NCBI GenBank assembly: GCA_040220235.1 | Contig: JAVJTO010000022.1 | Source of the DNA: Coleofasciculus sp. B1-GNL1-01 | GTDB lineage: Bacteria > Cyanobacteriota > Cyanobacteriia > Cyanobacteriales > Coleofasciculaceae | Length of the DNA: 38,537 nucleotides | Strand: one strand, 5' to 3' | Part shown: piece after piece, positions 19,686 through 29,355 of the stretch | How the letters are laid out: the number at the start of each line of letters is the position of its first letter | How positions within the stretch are numbered: position 1 is the stretch's first letter | Position numbers and translations under genes: made by a program | The notes under the pieces: model-generated | The model's input: the letters and a program-made list of their open reading frames with translations, nothing else | Told to the model about the DNA's origin: nothing | Databases searched by the model: none

Positions 19686-20354
19686 TCAAGTACGGAGGCG
19701 ATAACCCATGCCTCTAACGGTTTCAATTAAGTCACTGCCTAATTTTTTACGTAAATAACCGATATAAACATCAACAATATTAGAACCCGGATCATAATCA
19801 TACCCCCAAACATGACTGAGTAACTGCTCTCGGCTCATCACTTGTCCGGGATGGCGTAACAGGGTTTCTGCGAGGGTAAATTCGCGGGCGGAGAGTTCAA
19901 CACGTTGACCCTTAACCCGAACCCGACGAGTCCGCAAATCTAAACTAACATGACCGATGGTAAGTACCATCTCCTCCTTGGTTTTCGGCAAATGGTTATT
20001 CCGCAACCGCAAGCGCACCCGGGCTAAAAGTTCTTCAAACCGAAAGGGTTTGGTCATGTAATCATCAGCCCCTCCCTCTAATCCAGCAACTTTATCACGG
20101 ATGTCATCACGGGCGGTGAGAATTATAATCGGGATTTGTTCCCCCTGACCCCGTAACTCCTCTAGCACTTGTAAACCATCTTTACCGGGGAGTCCCAAAT
20201 CCATAATCATCAGGTCAAATTCGTGGGAGAGTGCCATATCCAGCGTCTCCCCCGCATCTATGGCTACGCTGGTAGTAAATCCTTTAGCCCGCAGCCCTTT
20301 TTCCAGAAATGAGGCAATCCGGGGTTCATCTTCAGCAATTAGAATTCGATTCAT
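19686..20354 (-). CDS. OmpR-family response regulator
   Basis: ILIAEDE, MDLGLP, GADDYMTKPF, winged-helix SNIVDVYIGYLRKK...ETVRGMGY. Overlaps the upstream kinase by 23 bp. Confidence 0.95.
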   Translation of the reverse strand: MNRILIAEDEPRIASFLEKGLRAKGFTTSVAIDAGETLDMALSHEFDLMIMDLGLPGKDGLQVLEELRGQGEQIPIIILTARDDIRDKVAGLEGGADDYMTKPFRFEELLARVRLRLRNNHLPKTKEEMVLTIGHVSLDLRTRRVRVKGQRVELSAREFTLAETLLRHPGQVMSREQLLSHVWGYDYDPGSNIVDVYIGYLRKKLGSDLIETVRGMGYRLRT

Positions 20355-21852
20355 GAGGTAGATTATCCTGTTTTGGCTCTAGGGGAAGAACAATCGTAAA
20401 TTGAGCGCCAGCACCCAGTCGGCTGTTGAGTTTCACCTCACCCCGATGCGCCTGGGCGATCGCTTGAACGATAGACAAGCCTAAACCCGCGCCTTCAGAA
20501 CGACGGCGGCTGTTGGGGAGTCGAGCAAACCGCTCAAAAATCCGCTTTTGGTTAGCTGAGTCAATTCCTTTTCCAGTATCGCGAACCCAGAAATAGGCAT
20601 TGTGGCGATCGCTCGCGGAACCCAAGGCGATTTGATCTCCCGCCTCGGTATGTTGGGTGGCGTTTTCAGCCAGGTTCGTGATCGCTTGCGTCAGACGCTG
20701 ACGATCAGCGACAATTTGACCAGACGCGATCGCATCCAATTGCCAGTCTCGCTCAGCTAAGGCTTTGGCTTTAGCAAAAAGTTCCTCGGTGAATGAGTCA
20801 ATATCTATGATTTCAACCTGTAAAAAATCGCGCCATTCGGCTTTCGCTAACAGGAGTAAATCATTGACAAATCGGTTCATCCGATCCAATTCATCCAAGA
20901 CTAATTCCAGAGTTTCCTGTTGTGCTTTTGGGTCATCGTCCCATAATTCCAGATGACCTCGGATAATCGTGATCGGTGTCCGCAATTCATGACTTGCATC
21001 ATTGATAAAATTTCGCTGGCTAGTAAACGCCCGATGCAGACGATCCAGCATTTGATTCAGCGTAGTAGTCAGTTCGGCAATTTCACCCGTACCTTGTATA
21101 GGAATGCGTTGCGTCAGATCCGTTTCACTAATCGAACGCGCCGTTTCTGTAACCGAACGTAGAGGGGCGAGTACCCGTCCAGCAGCGATCCAAGCCACAA
21201 TAGACGCAACCACCATCACAACCAACGTTACTTTAACAATCACCCAAACGACTTCATTCACTTCTTCCTTTTCATAGGCAATCACATTAGCGACAATAAA
21301 TAGTCCCCGAATTTCTCCGCCAATTTCCACTGGTTCGGCATAGTAAAGAATCGGACCAACTGATGTTTCTTCCAGACCTTTTGCAGATTGAGTCAGATTC
21401 ATCCAACGTTTAAGTAGCCGTGCATCCGGTTGCAGCGGGTCAGGTAATGCTGTCGGACTAGATTGGTAGAATTGACCATCAATAATAGTCAGCAGAAACT
21501 CACCATCATTGGGAATATTACGGGATAGAAAAACCTCAAATAAAGCCGCCAAATTATCGCCAAACGGTTGACCAGTCAAAGGGTTTTTCCCTTGTTGGAA
21601 CAATCGCTGGAACTCCTGCACCTCTTGGTTTAGAGAACTATCAATTCGTTTGTACGCCTCTTCAAATAGAACTTGACGGATCAGCCCAACTGATGTACCC
21701 GTAAAGCAAACCATTAGTAAGACGTACCAGGCAAGAAGACGAGTTCGTGCTTCCCAAAACAGATTACGCCAACCCCAACACCCTTCAGTTTTACTCGCCT
21801 CATGATTTTGATCAGGTTTGGCTGAGGCGAGGTTGTTACCCAACTTAGTCAC
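20332..21852 (-). CDS. Membrane-bound HAMP sensor histidine kinase
   Basis: Two TM segments, HAMP (LAPLRSVTETARSI...GEIAELTTTLNQML), H-box DASHELRTPITII, DTGKG and EGAGLGL. GTG start with GAGG upstream. Confidence 0.93.
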   Translation of the reverse strand: MTKLGNNLASAKPDQNHEASKTEGCWGWRNLFWEARTRLLAWYVLLMVCFTGTSVGLIRQVLFEEAYKRIDSSLNQEVQEFQRLFQQGKNPLTGQPFGDNLAALFEVFLSRNIPNDGEFLLTIIDGQFYQSSPTALPDPLQPDARLLKRWMNLTQSAKGLEETSVGPILYYAEPVEIGGEIRGLFIVANVIAYEKEEVNEVVWVIVKVTLVVMVVASIVAWIAAGRVLAPLRSVTETARSISETDLTQRIPIQGTGEIAELTTTLNQMLDRLHRAFTSQRNFINDASHELRTPITIIRGHLELWDDDPKAQQETLELVLDELDRMNRFVNDLLLLAKAEWRDFLQVEIIDIDSFTEELFAKAKALAERDWQLDAIASGQIVADRQRLTQAITNLAENATQHTEAGDQIALGSASDRHNAYFWVRDTGKGIDSANQKRIFERFARLPNSRRRSEGAGLGLSIVQAIAQAHRGEVKLNSRLGAGAQFTIVLPLEPKQDNLPHESNSNC

Positions 21853-21948
21853 GGTTTCCTCGTGGTTCGTGAGTTATCTCAACACCTGATGTTGATCTTA
21901 GCGAATATGTTCCTGACTCTAGGTTTGTAAGTGAGGACACATCATTTG

Positions 21949-21977
21949 GTAGAGACGTTCCGCCGGAACGTCTCTAC
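21949..21977. repeat. Perfect GTAG hairpin REP
   Basis: GTAGAGACGTTCCG-C-CGGAACGTCTCTAC; related copies at 28229-28252 and 38514-38537. Confidence 0.85.
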
Positions 21978-22274
21978 AACGGTTTTACTCAGGATGCCCA
22001 CCCCCTTCAAGGTGAAATTACGGAGATGGAATCCTCAACCCAGATTCACACCCCGTAATTTCCACGAGGACTAATCAGAATCACTATGCAACAATTTATC
22101 AAAGTGGACAGTAATTCCCCTGTTTGACTCTGGGGTTCTCTCAGTCTTCTGATCCATTTTCAGGAGATGACACCGGAATTAATTGAGTTATAAATGAGGA
22201 GATTATTGCTGTCATGATTGTAGCCATATTTTTAAACACGTTAATACAGGTTAGGCATTTCAAGGAGAGCAACA

Positions 22275-22649
22275 GTGGTTAAAATTTTAGTGATTGAAGA
22301 TGAGGAGTCTGTACGCGAGAATATCCTGGAACTGCTGGATGCAGAAGGGTTTGATGCGATTCTCGCTGAAAATGGACAGAAGGGTTTGCATCTGGCACAA
22401 CACCATGATCCGGATTTGATTTTGTGCGATGTGCTGATGCCAGAAATGGATGGTTATGGGGTTCTTTCTGCCTTGCGTTCTCAAGGTAAGACGGCTACTA
22501 TTCCATTCTTATTTCTCACCGCTAAAGCTGCAAAAACTGATATTAAGCAAGGGATGAATTTGGGGGCTAATGCCTATCTGACTAAGCCATTTACCTTGGC
22601 AGAATTGCTGGATGCGATCGCGACTCATGTTGGGGTGATCCATCGGTAG
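22275..22649 (+). CDS. Single-domain (CheY-like) response regulator
   Basis: KILVIEDE, CDVLMP, FLTAK, YLTKPF; AGGAG RBS before the GTG. Confidence 0.92.
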   Translation: MVKILVIEDEESVRENILELLDAEGFDAILAENGQKGLHLAQHHDPDLILCDVLMPEMDGYGVLSALRSQGKTATIPFLFLTAKAAKTDIKQGMNLGANAYLTKPFTLAELLDAIATHVGVIHR

Positions 22650-22698
22650 CGCTGATTTTGATCGTTCACTTCGGAAAGAGGGCGTGGTGCGTGAGGGG

Positions 22699-22764
22699 GT
22701 AAGGGCGGGTTTTGTTGTTCATGTATTGGTGACAAGTCGTTTTAATGGCTAAACCCGCCCTTAC
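22699..22764. repeat. REP hairpin
   Basis: GTAAGGGCGGGTTT...AAACCCGCCCTTAC, 14-bp perfect inverted arms. Confidence 0.85.
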
Positions 22765-22868
22765 AATTTTGACTCAATCCGATGATTTGAAGGTGAAAAT
22801 TAACCAGATAACGTTCATTCTAGGATTCGCCAATGTCAAACTTTTTATGTTTCATCCATTCATGACTT

Positions 22869-25112
22869 ATGGCTATCTCATCCAAGCATCTATCAATTAA
22901 CGCTCATGGATCGGGGACAATGGAGAATCATCTCTTAACCCTACAAGGGGCAATTATGCCGCAGATTGCCCAAGTAACGCAAGGACAATGTGTTCCTCAA
23001 GATGGGCTACAAACGACGGCGGATCAACTGCGTTACGGTCTACAAGTTGACTCCTGTCTGATGTTTATGGTATCAGATTTGGGACTAACTACGGCAACAG
23101 TTGAGGGGGAGGTAAGGGGGATAAACAGACAAGAACACCCCTATAACGTACTGCGAGGAAAGGGAACTGTAGATGACTCATCCTCTCGGCTAATTTGTGA
23201 GTTTTATGGCAAGTATTCCACTTGGCTAATTCAGGGAAAACCACTGATTTGTCCGATCGCGGATGAACAGCCCTCAGCGCCAATCCAAGAATGGCAGAGG
23301 GTTTCCGGTTTACCTCTGTTAATTCTACCCCTTTGTCATCGTCACTCCTATTTTGGGGCGATTAGCCTGCTGACGACGCAAGCGCAACGCCAATGGAGTC
23401 AGGCGGAAATTGATTGTGTCTATGCGATCGCGTCTCAATGGGCGATGGTATTTTATCACATTCAACGGGAACAAGACTACCACATTCAACAGCAAAACCA
23501 TCAGCAGGTTATCGCCGCCTTAAATCAGGCAGAATCCCGAAACCATGCCCTTTTAGAACTTATTCCTGATGCCTTGTTTCGGATTAACAGTGCGGGAATT
23601 TATTTAGATTTCCATGGGGCAAAAACGGAAACGCTTCCTATTCCGGCTACTAATATTATCGGTAAACATTTACATCAAATACTGCCCACGCCAGTGGCAG
23701 GATTAATTTGGGATCATATTGAACAAGCGCTGGAAACGAAAACCATTCAACGGGTGGAATATCAACTCTGGGTAAACGGTAAAGCCCGCAATTTTGAAGC
23801 GCGAATTGTTGCCAGTGGGGTTGAAGAAGTTTCGGTAATTGTCCAAGATGTCACAGATCGGGTGCAAATGCGACTCAGTCTGGAACAAGTAAACGATGCT
23901 TTAGAAATGCGCGTGGAGGAACGCACGGCGGCGTTAAGGAAAGTGAATGATGTTCTTCAAGCCGAAATTATCGAAAGAAAACGGATAGAGGAACAACTTC
24001 GCACCAGTGAAGAACAGTTGCGTCAACTGACGGAAAATATTCGCGAAGTCTTCTTTTTAACCACCCCTGATTTTAGCCAAATGATCTATATTAGTCCTGT
24101 GTATCAGGAGGTATGGGGACGTTCGACTAAAAGTTTATATGAGCAACCTTCATCTTGGTTAGAATCCATTCATCCGGAGGATCGCGATCGCGTAATCCAA
24201 GCGTTACACAAACAGTCCCTAGGGGAAGCAAATTTCCAGGAAGAATATCGGATTGTTCGCCCCGATGGTTCAGTACGTTGGATGGGAGTACGGGCGTTTC
24301 CGGTGGTGAATGAGGCGGGAATTACTATCCGGATTGCGGGGATTGCGGAGGATATTACTGAACGCCAACGAGTGCAAGCAGAAATTCTCAATGCGTTGGC
24401 ACAAGAAAAGGAACTGAGTGACTTAAAATCTCGCTTTATTACGGTAACGTCTCATGAGTTTCGCACGCCTCTCACCACGATTCACTCGTCAGCCGAGTTA
24501 CTAGAACATTATCGGCATAAATGGTCAGATGAAAAACAACTGATGCACTTGCACCGAATTCAAACCTCGGTTAAGTATATGACAAAATTATTAAATGATG
24601 TATTAATTTTAGGCAAGGCAGATGCAGGTAAACTTAGCTTGACACCAGAACCAATTGACTTGGAAGTATTCTGTACCACCTTAAGCAAAGATCTACAACT
24701 GAATCAGCCTAAACCGTCGGTTATTAATATCAATTATGCGTGGGAACAGACTCTTGATCTCCAAGATATCTATCTAGATAAGCAATTACTTCAGCAAATT
24801 TTAGAGAATGTATTAAGCAATGCGATTAAGTATTCCTCCCCCGACCAAGCCATTGACATTAACCTCAATGGTAATCGGGAACAAATCACCCTAGAAATTC
24901 GCGATCGCGGCATTGGTATTCCCCCAGAAGATCAAGACCGATTGTTTGAAGCATTCCATCGAGGAACCAACGTTGGCACGATTCCGGGAACCGGATTAGG
25001 GCTTGCCATTGTTAAAAAATGTGTGGATATTCATCAGGGTGATATCTACATTAATAGTATTATCGGGGTTGGCACTACAGTAACCGTTACCTTACCCATT
25101 ATAAAGTCATGA
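22869..25112 (+). CDS. Cytoplasmic GAF-PAS-PAS sensor histidine kinase
   Basis: GAF-like N-terminus (RQWSQAEID), PAS (LIPDALFRIN), PAS/PAC (WLESIHPEDRDR...EEYRIVRPDGSVRW), H-box TSHEFRTPL, PGTGLGL. The start codon is uncertain. Confidence 0.9.
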   Translation: MAISSKHLSINAHGSGTMENHLLTLQGAIMPQIAQVTQGQCVPQDGLQTTADQLRYGLQVDSCLMFMVSDLGLTTATVEGEVRGINRQEHPYNVLRGKGTVDDSSSRLICEFYGKYSTWLIQGKPLICPIADEQPSAPIQEWQRVSGLPLLILPLCHRHSYFGAISLLTTQAQRQWSQAEIDCVYAIASQWAMVFYHIQREQDYHIQQQNHQQVIAALNQAESRNHALLELIPDALFRINSAGIYLDFHGAKTETLPIPATNIIGKHLHQILPTPVAGLIWDHIEQALETKTIQRVEYQLWVNGKARNFEARIVASGVEEVSVIVQDVTDRVQMRLSLEQVNDALEMRVEERTAALRKVNDVLQAEIIERKRIEEQLRTSEEQLRQLTENIREVFFLTTPDFSQMIYISPVYQEVWGRSTKSLYEQPSSWLESIHPEDRDRVIQALHKQSLGEANFQEEYRIVRPDGSVRWMGVRAFPVVNEAGITIRIAGIAEDITERQRVQAEILNALAQEKELSDLKSRFITVTSHEFRTPLTTIHSSAELLEHYRHKWSDEKQLMHLHRIQTSVKYMTKLLNDVLILGKADAGKLSLTPEPIDLEVFCTTLSKDLQLNQPKPSVININYAWEQTLDLQDIYLDKQLLQQILENVLSNAIKYSSPDQAIDINLNGNREQITLEIRDRGIGIPPEDQDRLFEAFHRGTNVGTIPGTGLGLAIVKKCVDIHQGDIYINSIIGVGTTVTVTLPIIKS

Positions 25113-26827
25113 AAAAGATTCTAGTCATTGAAGATGAAGAACTCGTCCGGGAAAATATTTTAGAACTCTTGGACGCCGAAGGATTAACTGGAATTGGTGC
25201 AACCAATGGTTATAAGGGGATTGATTTAGCCAAAGTCGAGAAACCGGATTTAATTATTTGTGATGTGATGATGCCGGGATTGGACGGGTATAGTGTTTTA
25301 AAAACACTGCGTCAGGAGACAACATTTGCCACTACACCCTTTATTTTCTTAACCGCTAAAGCGGCTAAAGCCGACTTTCGGCAAGGGATGGAATTAGGGG
25401 CAGATGATTACCTGACTAAACCCTTTACCCGGGCAGAATTACTCGGCGCGATCGCGACTCGGTTTAAAAAGCAGCAGCAGTATCGTAGTGAACTTGAGCA
25501 AGCAAAGGATCAACTCGATTATTTGATGCATCATGACTCCTTAACCAATTTGCCTAATCAGTTATCCTTACGCGAGCAATTTAAACAGATAGAATTGACT
25601 CATAATCAGCCATTAATGACGATTATGTGTGTCGGTTTAGACCGATTTAATCAAATTAATGACGACTTAGGACATAGTGTAGGCGATCGCGTAGTACAAG
25701 CGGTAGCCCAGCGGTTAGTTAATGCTGTCACATCTGAGGATTATGTCGCACGATTAGGCAGCGGTAAATTTGCGATTATTCTGCCCACAACCCCCCATAA
25801 AAAAGATGCGGTTTTCGTTGCCCAAACTCTCTTAGATCAGTTCTCCCAAACCTTTGCCATTGATGACCAAGAAATTTTTGTCACCGCTAGTATTGGTATG
25901 GCACTCTATCCCCGTGATGGCAAGGATATTGAACAGTTACTGAATCAGGCAAATAAAGCCATGTTTCAGGCAAAGCAACAGGGAGGAAATTGCCATCAGT
26001 TTTACTCGATTGCCTTAAGTAAAGGAACCTCAGATCGGGTGGCGTTAAAAACAAGCTTACGCTATGCGTTAGAACGAGATGAACTTCAGGTTTACTATCA
26101 ACCGCAACTTGATTTGGAAACAGGTAAAATTATCGGTGCAGAAGCCCTATTGCGCTGGGAACATCCCGAACGGGGATTAGTTTCTCCGGTTAAGTTTATT
26201 CCCCTAGCCGAAGAAACGGGATTAATCTTGCCAATTGGGGAATGGGTGTTAAAAAGCGCTTGCCAGCAAACTCGCCATTGGCAAAAAATGGGTTATCCTC
26301 ATTTGAAAATCGCCGTCAATTTATCCGGGCGTCAATTTCAGCAATTAGACTTGCGTCATCGGTTAGTCAAGATTTTGACCGAAACCGGATTGCGACCGGA
26401 GTATTTAGAATTAGAATTAACGGAGAGTATGCTGGTGGAAAATACCGATGTAGCGATTCGCCGCTTACAGGCGTTAAAAGCGCTAGGTGTGGAGATTGCC
26501 ATTGATGATTTTGGTACAGGGTATTCATCTTTAAGCTATTTACAGCAGTTTCCCTTTGATACCTTGAAAATTGACCGCTGTTTTATTCGCAATATTCAGG
26601 ATAATCCGAGTCAGGCGGCAATTACCCAAGCGATTATTGAAATGGCAAATACGCTGAATTTAAAATTAGTGGCGGAAGGAGTGGAAACGGATGCGGAACT
26701 TTCCTTTGTGGTGCAGCATCACTGTCATCAAATGCAAGGGTATCTGTTTAGTAAACCTTTGCCAGCTAAGGAATTTGAATCCTTATTATTCAGCGAAAAA
26801 GCTTTAGTGGGGCAAGCCTTGGGTTAA
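25109..26827 (+). CDS. REC - degenerate GGDEF - EAL protein (probable c-di-GMP phosphodiesterase)
   Basis: Receiver; GGDEF position reads GSGKF; the EAL domain keeps EALLRW, AVNLS, ELTES, DDFGTGYSS, KID, EGVE and QGY. ATGA overlap with the upstream kinase. Confidence 0.93.
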   Translation: MKKILVIEDEELVRENILELLDAEGLTGIGATNGYKGIDLAKVEKPDLIICDVMMPGLDGYSVLKTLRQETTFATTPFIFLTAKAAKADFRQGMELGADDYLTKPFTRAELLGAIATRFKKQQQYRSELEQAKDQLDYLMHHDSLTNLPNQLSLREQFKQIELTHNQPLMTIMCVGLDRFNQINDDLGHSVGDRVVQAVAQRLVNAVTSEDYVARLGSGKFAIILPTTPHKKDAVFVAQTLLDQFSQTFAIDDQEIFVTASIGMALYPRDGKDIEQLLNQANKAMFQAKQQGGNCHQFYSIALSKGTSDRVALKTSLRYALERDELQVYYQPQLDLETGKIIGAEALLRWEHPERGLVSPVKFIPLAEETGLILPIGEWVLKSACQQTRHWQKMGYPHLKIAVNLSGRQFQQLDLRHRLVKILTETGLRPEYLELELTESMLVENTDVAIRRLQALKALGVEIAIDDFGTGYSSLSYLQQFPFDTLKIDRCFIRNIQDNPSQAAITQAIIEMANTLNLKLVAEGVETDAELSFVVQHHCHQMQGYLFSKPLPAKEFESLLFSEKALVGQALG

Positions 26828-26835
26828 AACCCAAG

Positions 26836-27033
26836 TTAAATGAGTTGTAAACCTAGGAGGTCTTTTCTTAGATTACTTAAAAACCCTGTATCTCTTTCCC
26901 CTATTGCCTATTGCCCATTGCCCATTGCCTTTTTACCAGGTTCCTGTGTTCACGACCCAAATAAAAACACTATATCTAGTCTGAGTCCATTTTAATGGAC
27001 TTAAGCTATGAGCCAAGAACTTGAGTTCTTGGC
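26836..27033. repeat. Repeat cluster: degenerate MITE with CCYATTG heptamers, plus twin hairpin element
   Basis: CCTATTG/CCCATTG x4 (~26900-26929); end TTCACGACCCAAATAAAAACACTATA; hairpins AGTCCATT-TT-AATGGACT (26984-27001) and GCCAAGAACT-TG-AGTTCTTGGC (27012-27033). Confidence 0.6.
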
Positions 27034-27110
27034 AGATGTGGCGGCTTACCGACAAAGGTAAAAAATACCAGATTCTGTTTTAATTTATGCCAAAAATGTT
27101 GATAACCACC

Positions 27111-28205
27111 ATGAAAAAAATTTTAATTATCGAAGACGAAGAAACCGTCCGGGAAAATCTCATGGAATTGCTGGAAGCCGAAGACTTTGAAGTCTGCGGC
27201 GCAGGCGATGGTTGTGCGGGATTGGATTTAGTACAGCAGTGTCAACCGGATTTAATTTTATGTGATGTGATGATGCCCAAATTAGATGGGTTTGGCGTCT
27301 TAAATACATTACGAAAAAATCCTGTAACCGCCACCATTCCATTTATGTTCCTCACCGCCCGCACCGATAAAACGGATTTGCGTCAAGGGATGGAACTAGG
27401 GGCAGATGACTATATCACCAAGCCCTTTAGTGTCGATGAATTACTGAATGCCATTGCCTCCCGGTTACAAAAACAAGCGATAATTGAGGAACAACAAACC
27501 CAAAAACTCGACCAATTACGCACCAGTATCAGCCTGTCTCTCCCCCACGAAATGCGATCGCCGCTAACGAATATTCTGGGATTTTCCCAGTTGTTAGTGG
27601 AAGAAGCGGATACCCTGGAACGTGAGGAAATCAAGGAAATGTCGGAAAGTATCCGTAAATCAGGCGAACGATTACATCGACTGATTCAAAACTTTTTACT
27701 CTACGCCGAACTGGAACTCACTGTAACGGATGCGAATCGAATTCAAGCCTTACGCAGTTCTCGAATCAGTTCCGCCGCCTCAGTGATTGAAGCCATAGTT
27801 TGGCAACAGGCGAAACGCAGGAATCGCGAGGCTGATGTGACTCTTGATGTACATGATTCCAGTCTACAAATTGCCAAAACTCGGATGGAGAAAATTGTCG
27901 AAGAATTAGTGGATAATGCGTTGAAATATTCGACGGCTGGCACTCCCGTTTCGGTAACGGGAAGGACGGTTCCCAATCAATCATTCTACGCCTTATCGGT
28001 TAGCGATCGCGGACGGGGGATGAGTCCAGAACAAATTACCAAGTTGGGGGCGTATCAGCAGTTTGAACGTAAACTGTATGCCCAACAAGGGACAGGATTG
28101 GGATTGAGTATCAGTAAGCGGTTAATCGAACTGTTGGGCGGAACCTTAACGATTGATAGCATACCCAATCAACACACCACCGTTCGCGTTCTTCTTCCTG
28201 TCTAA
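27111..28205 (+). CDS. REC-HisKA-HATPase hybrid kinase / response regulator
   Basis: MKKILIIEDE receiver, LPHEMRSPL H-box, DNALKY, DRGRG, QGTGLGL. I chose ATG 27111 by similarity to the paralogous receivers. Confidence 0.92.
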   Translation: MKKILIIEDEETVRENLMELLEAEDFEVCGAGDGCAGLDLVQQCQPDLILCDVMMPKLDGFGVLNTLRKNPVTATIPFMFLTARTDKTDLRQGMELGADDYITKPFSVDELLNAIASRLQKQAIIEEQQTQKLDQLRTSISLSLPHEMRSPLTNILGFSQLLVEEADTLEREEIKEMSESIRKSGERLHRLIQNFLLYAELELTVTDANRIQALRSSRISSAASVIEAIVWQQAKRRNREADVTLDVHDSSLQIAKTRMEKIVEELVDNALKYSTAGTPVSVTGRTVPNQSFYALSVSDRGRGMSPEQITKLGAYQQFERKLYAQQGTGLGLSISKRLIELLGGTLTIDSIPNQHTTVRVLLPV

Positions 28206-28228
28206 TCTGGGAAGCAGGGGGAAGCAAT

Positions 28229-28342
28229 GTAGAGACGTAGCATGCTACGTCTGGAAGCTGGGGGAGATGGGGAAGATGGGGAAGAGATATCCTAATCAAC
28301 GAATGACAAATGACGAATGACAAATGACAAATAACAAATGAC
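28229..28342. repeat. Composite REP hairpin + 9-mer + heptamer repeat
   Basis: GTAGAGACGTAGCATGCTACGTCT, then GGGGAAGAT-type 9-mers, then CRAATGA x6 (28300-28342). Confidence 0.75.
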
Positions 28343-28388
28343 CAAGCTACCCTAGGGAAGCGGGATTTGACTGATTTTGGTTTCAGTT

Positions 28389-29156
28389 ATGGCAGGACAC
28401 AGTAAGTGGGCAAATATTAAGCGCCAGAAGGCGAGAGTGGATGCAGCGAAGGGAAAAACCTTTGCCAAACTCTCACGGGAGATCATTGTAGCTGCCCGTA
28501 GTGGCGTTCCTGACCCGAATGGGAATTTCCGGTTACGCACCGCGATTGAGAAGGCGAAGGCGGCGGGTATTCCCAATGATAATATTGACCGGGCGATCGC
28601 GAAAGGGTCAGGTCAGTTTGATAGTGGTAGCGACAACCTGGAAGAGATTCGCTATGAGGGCTATGGTCCTGGGGGTGTGGCGATTCTAATTGAAGCCCTT
28701 ACCGATAATCGTAACCGCACGGCGGCAGATTTGCGATCGGCGTTTACCAAAAATGGCGGGAATCTGGGAGAAACGGGTTGCGTGAGTTGGATGTTTGAAC
28801 AAAAAGGGGTGGTGACGGTAGCGGGTGAGGTGTCCGAGGATCGGCTATTGGAAGCATCACTGGCTGGGGGGGCGGAAACCTATGAGTGGATTGAAGACGA
28901 CGAGGAACCGGGGGTGGAAGTTGTCACCGAAGTAACGAATCTAGAACACCTGAATCAAACCCTACAGGATCAAGGTTTCAGCGTGCGCGATGCTGAGTTA
29001 CGTTGGATACCGGGGAATAGTATAGAAATTACTGATCCGGATGTAGCGCGATCGCTCCTAAAATTAATGGATGCCCTAGATGAGTTGGATGATGTGCAGA
29101 ATGTCACCGCCAATTTTGAAATGGCAGATGATTTGGTGTCATTAACGATGGCGTGA
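28389..29156 (+). CDS. yebC: YebC/PmpR-family protein
   Basis: [51 protein letters not shown]. Confidence 0.97.
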   Translation: MAGHSKWANIKRQKARVDAAKGKTFAKLSREIIVAARSGVPDPNGNFRLRTAIEKAKAAGIPNDNIDRAIAKGSGQFDSGSDNLEEIRYEGYGPGGVAILIEALTDNRNRTAADLRSAFTKNGGNLGETGCVSWMFEQKGVVTVAGEVSEDRLLEASLAGGAETYEWIEDDEEPGVEVVTEVTNLEHLNQTLQDQGFSVRDAELRWIPGNSIEITDPDVARSLLKLMDALDELDDVQNVTANFEMADDLVSLTMA

Positions 29157-29268
29157 GACGAGGGATCAACCATGACACAGGCACTCTTACACCCCAAAGC
29201 CCGTAGTTTGTAGTAAGGGCTTTAGCCCTATTTTGGCATGACTTTCAACCCCACCGACCAATAAAATC

Positions 29269-29336
29269 GTAGGGTGGGTTAGGCGGTATTTAATCCAGAC
29301 AATAACGATTTCACTAGATATCCGCCGTAACCCACC
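29269..29336. repeat. GTAG-type REP hairpin directly upstream of the YcaO gene
   Basis: GTAGGGTGGGTTAGGCGG...CCGCCGTAACCCACC; ends 19 bp before the ATG. Confidence 0.75.
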
Positions 29337-29355
29337 ACTCACTTAACCCCGTACC

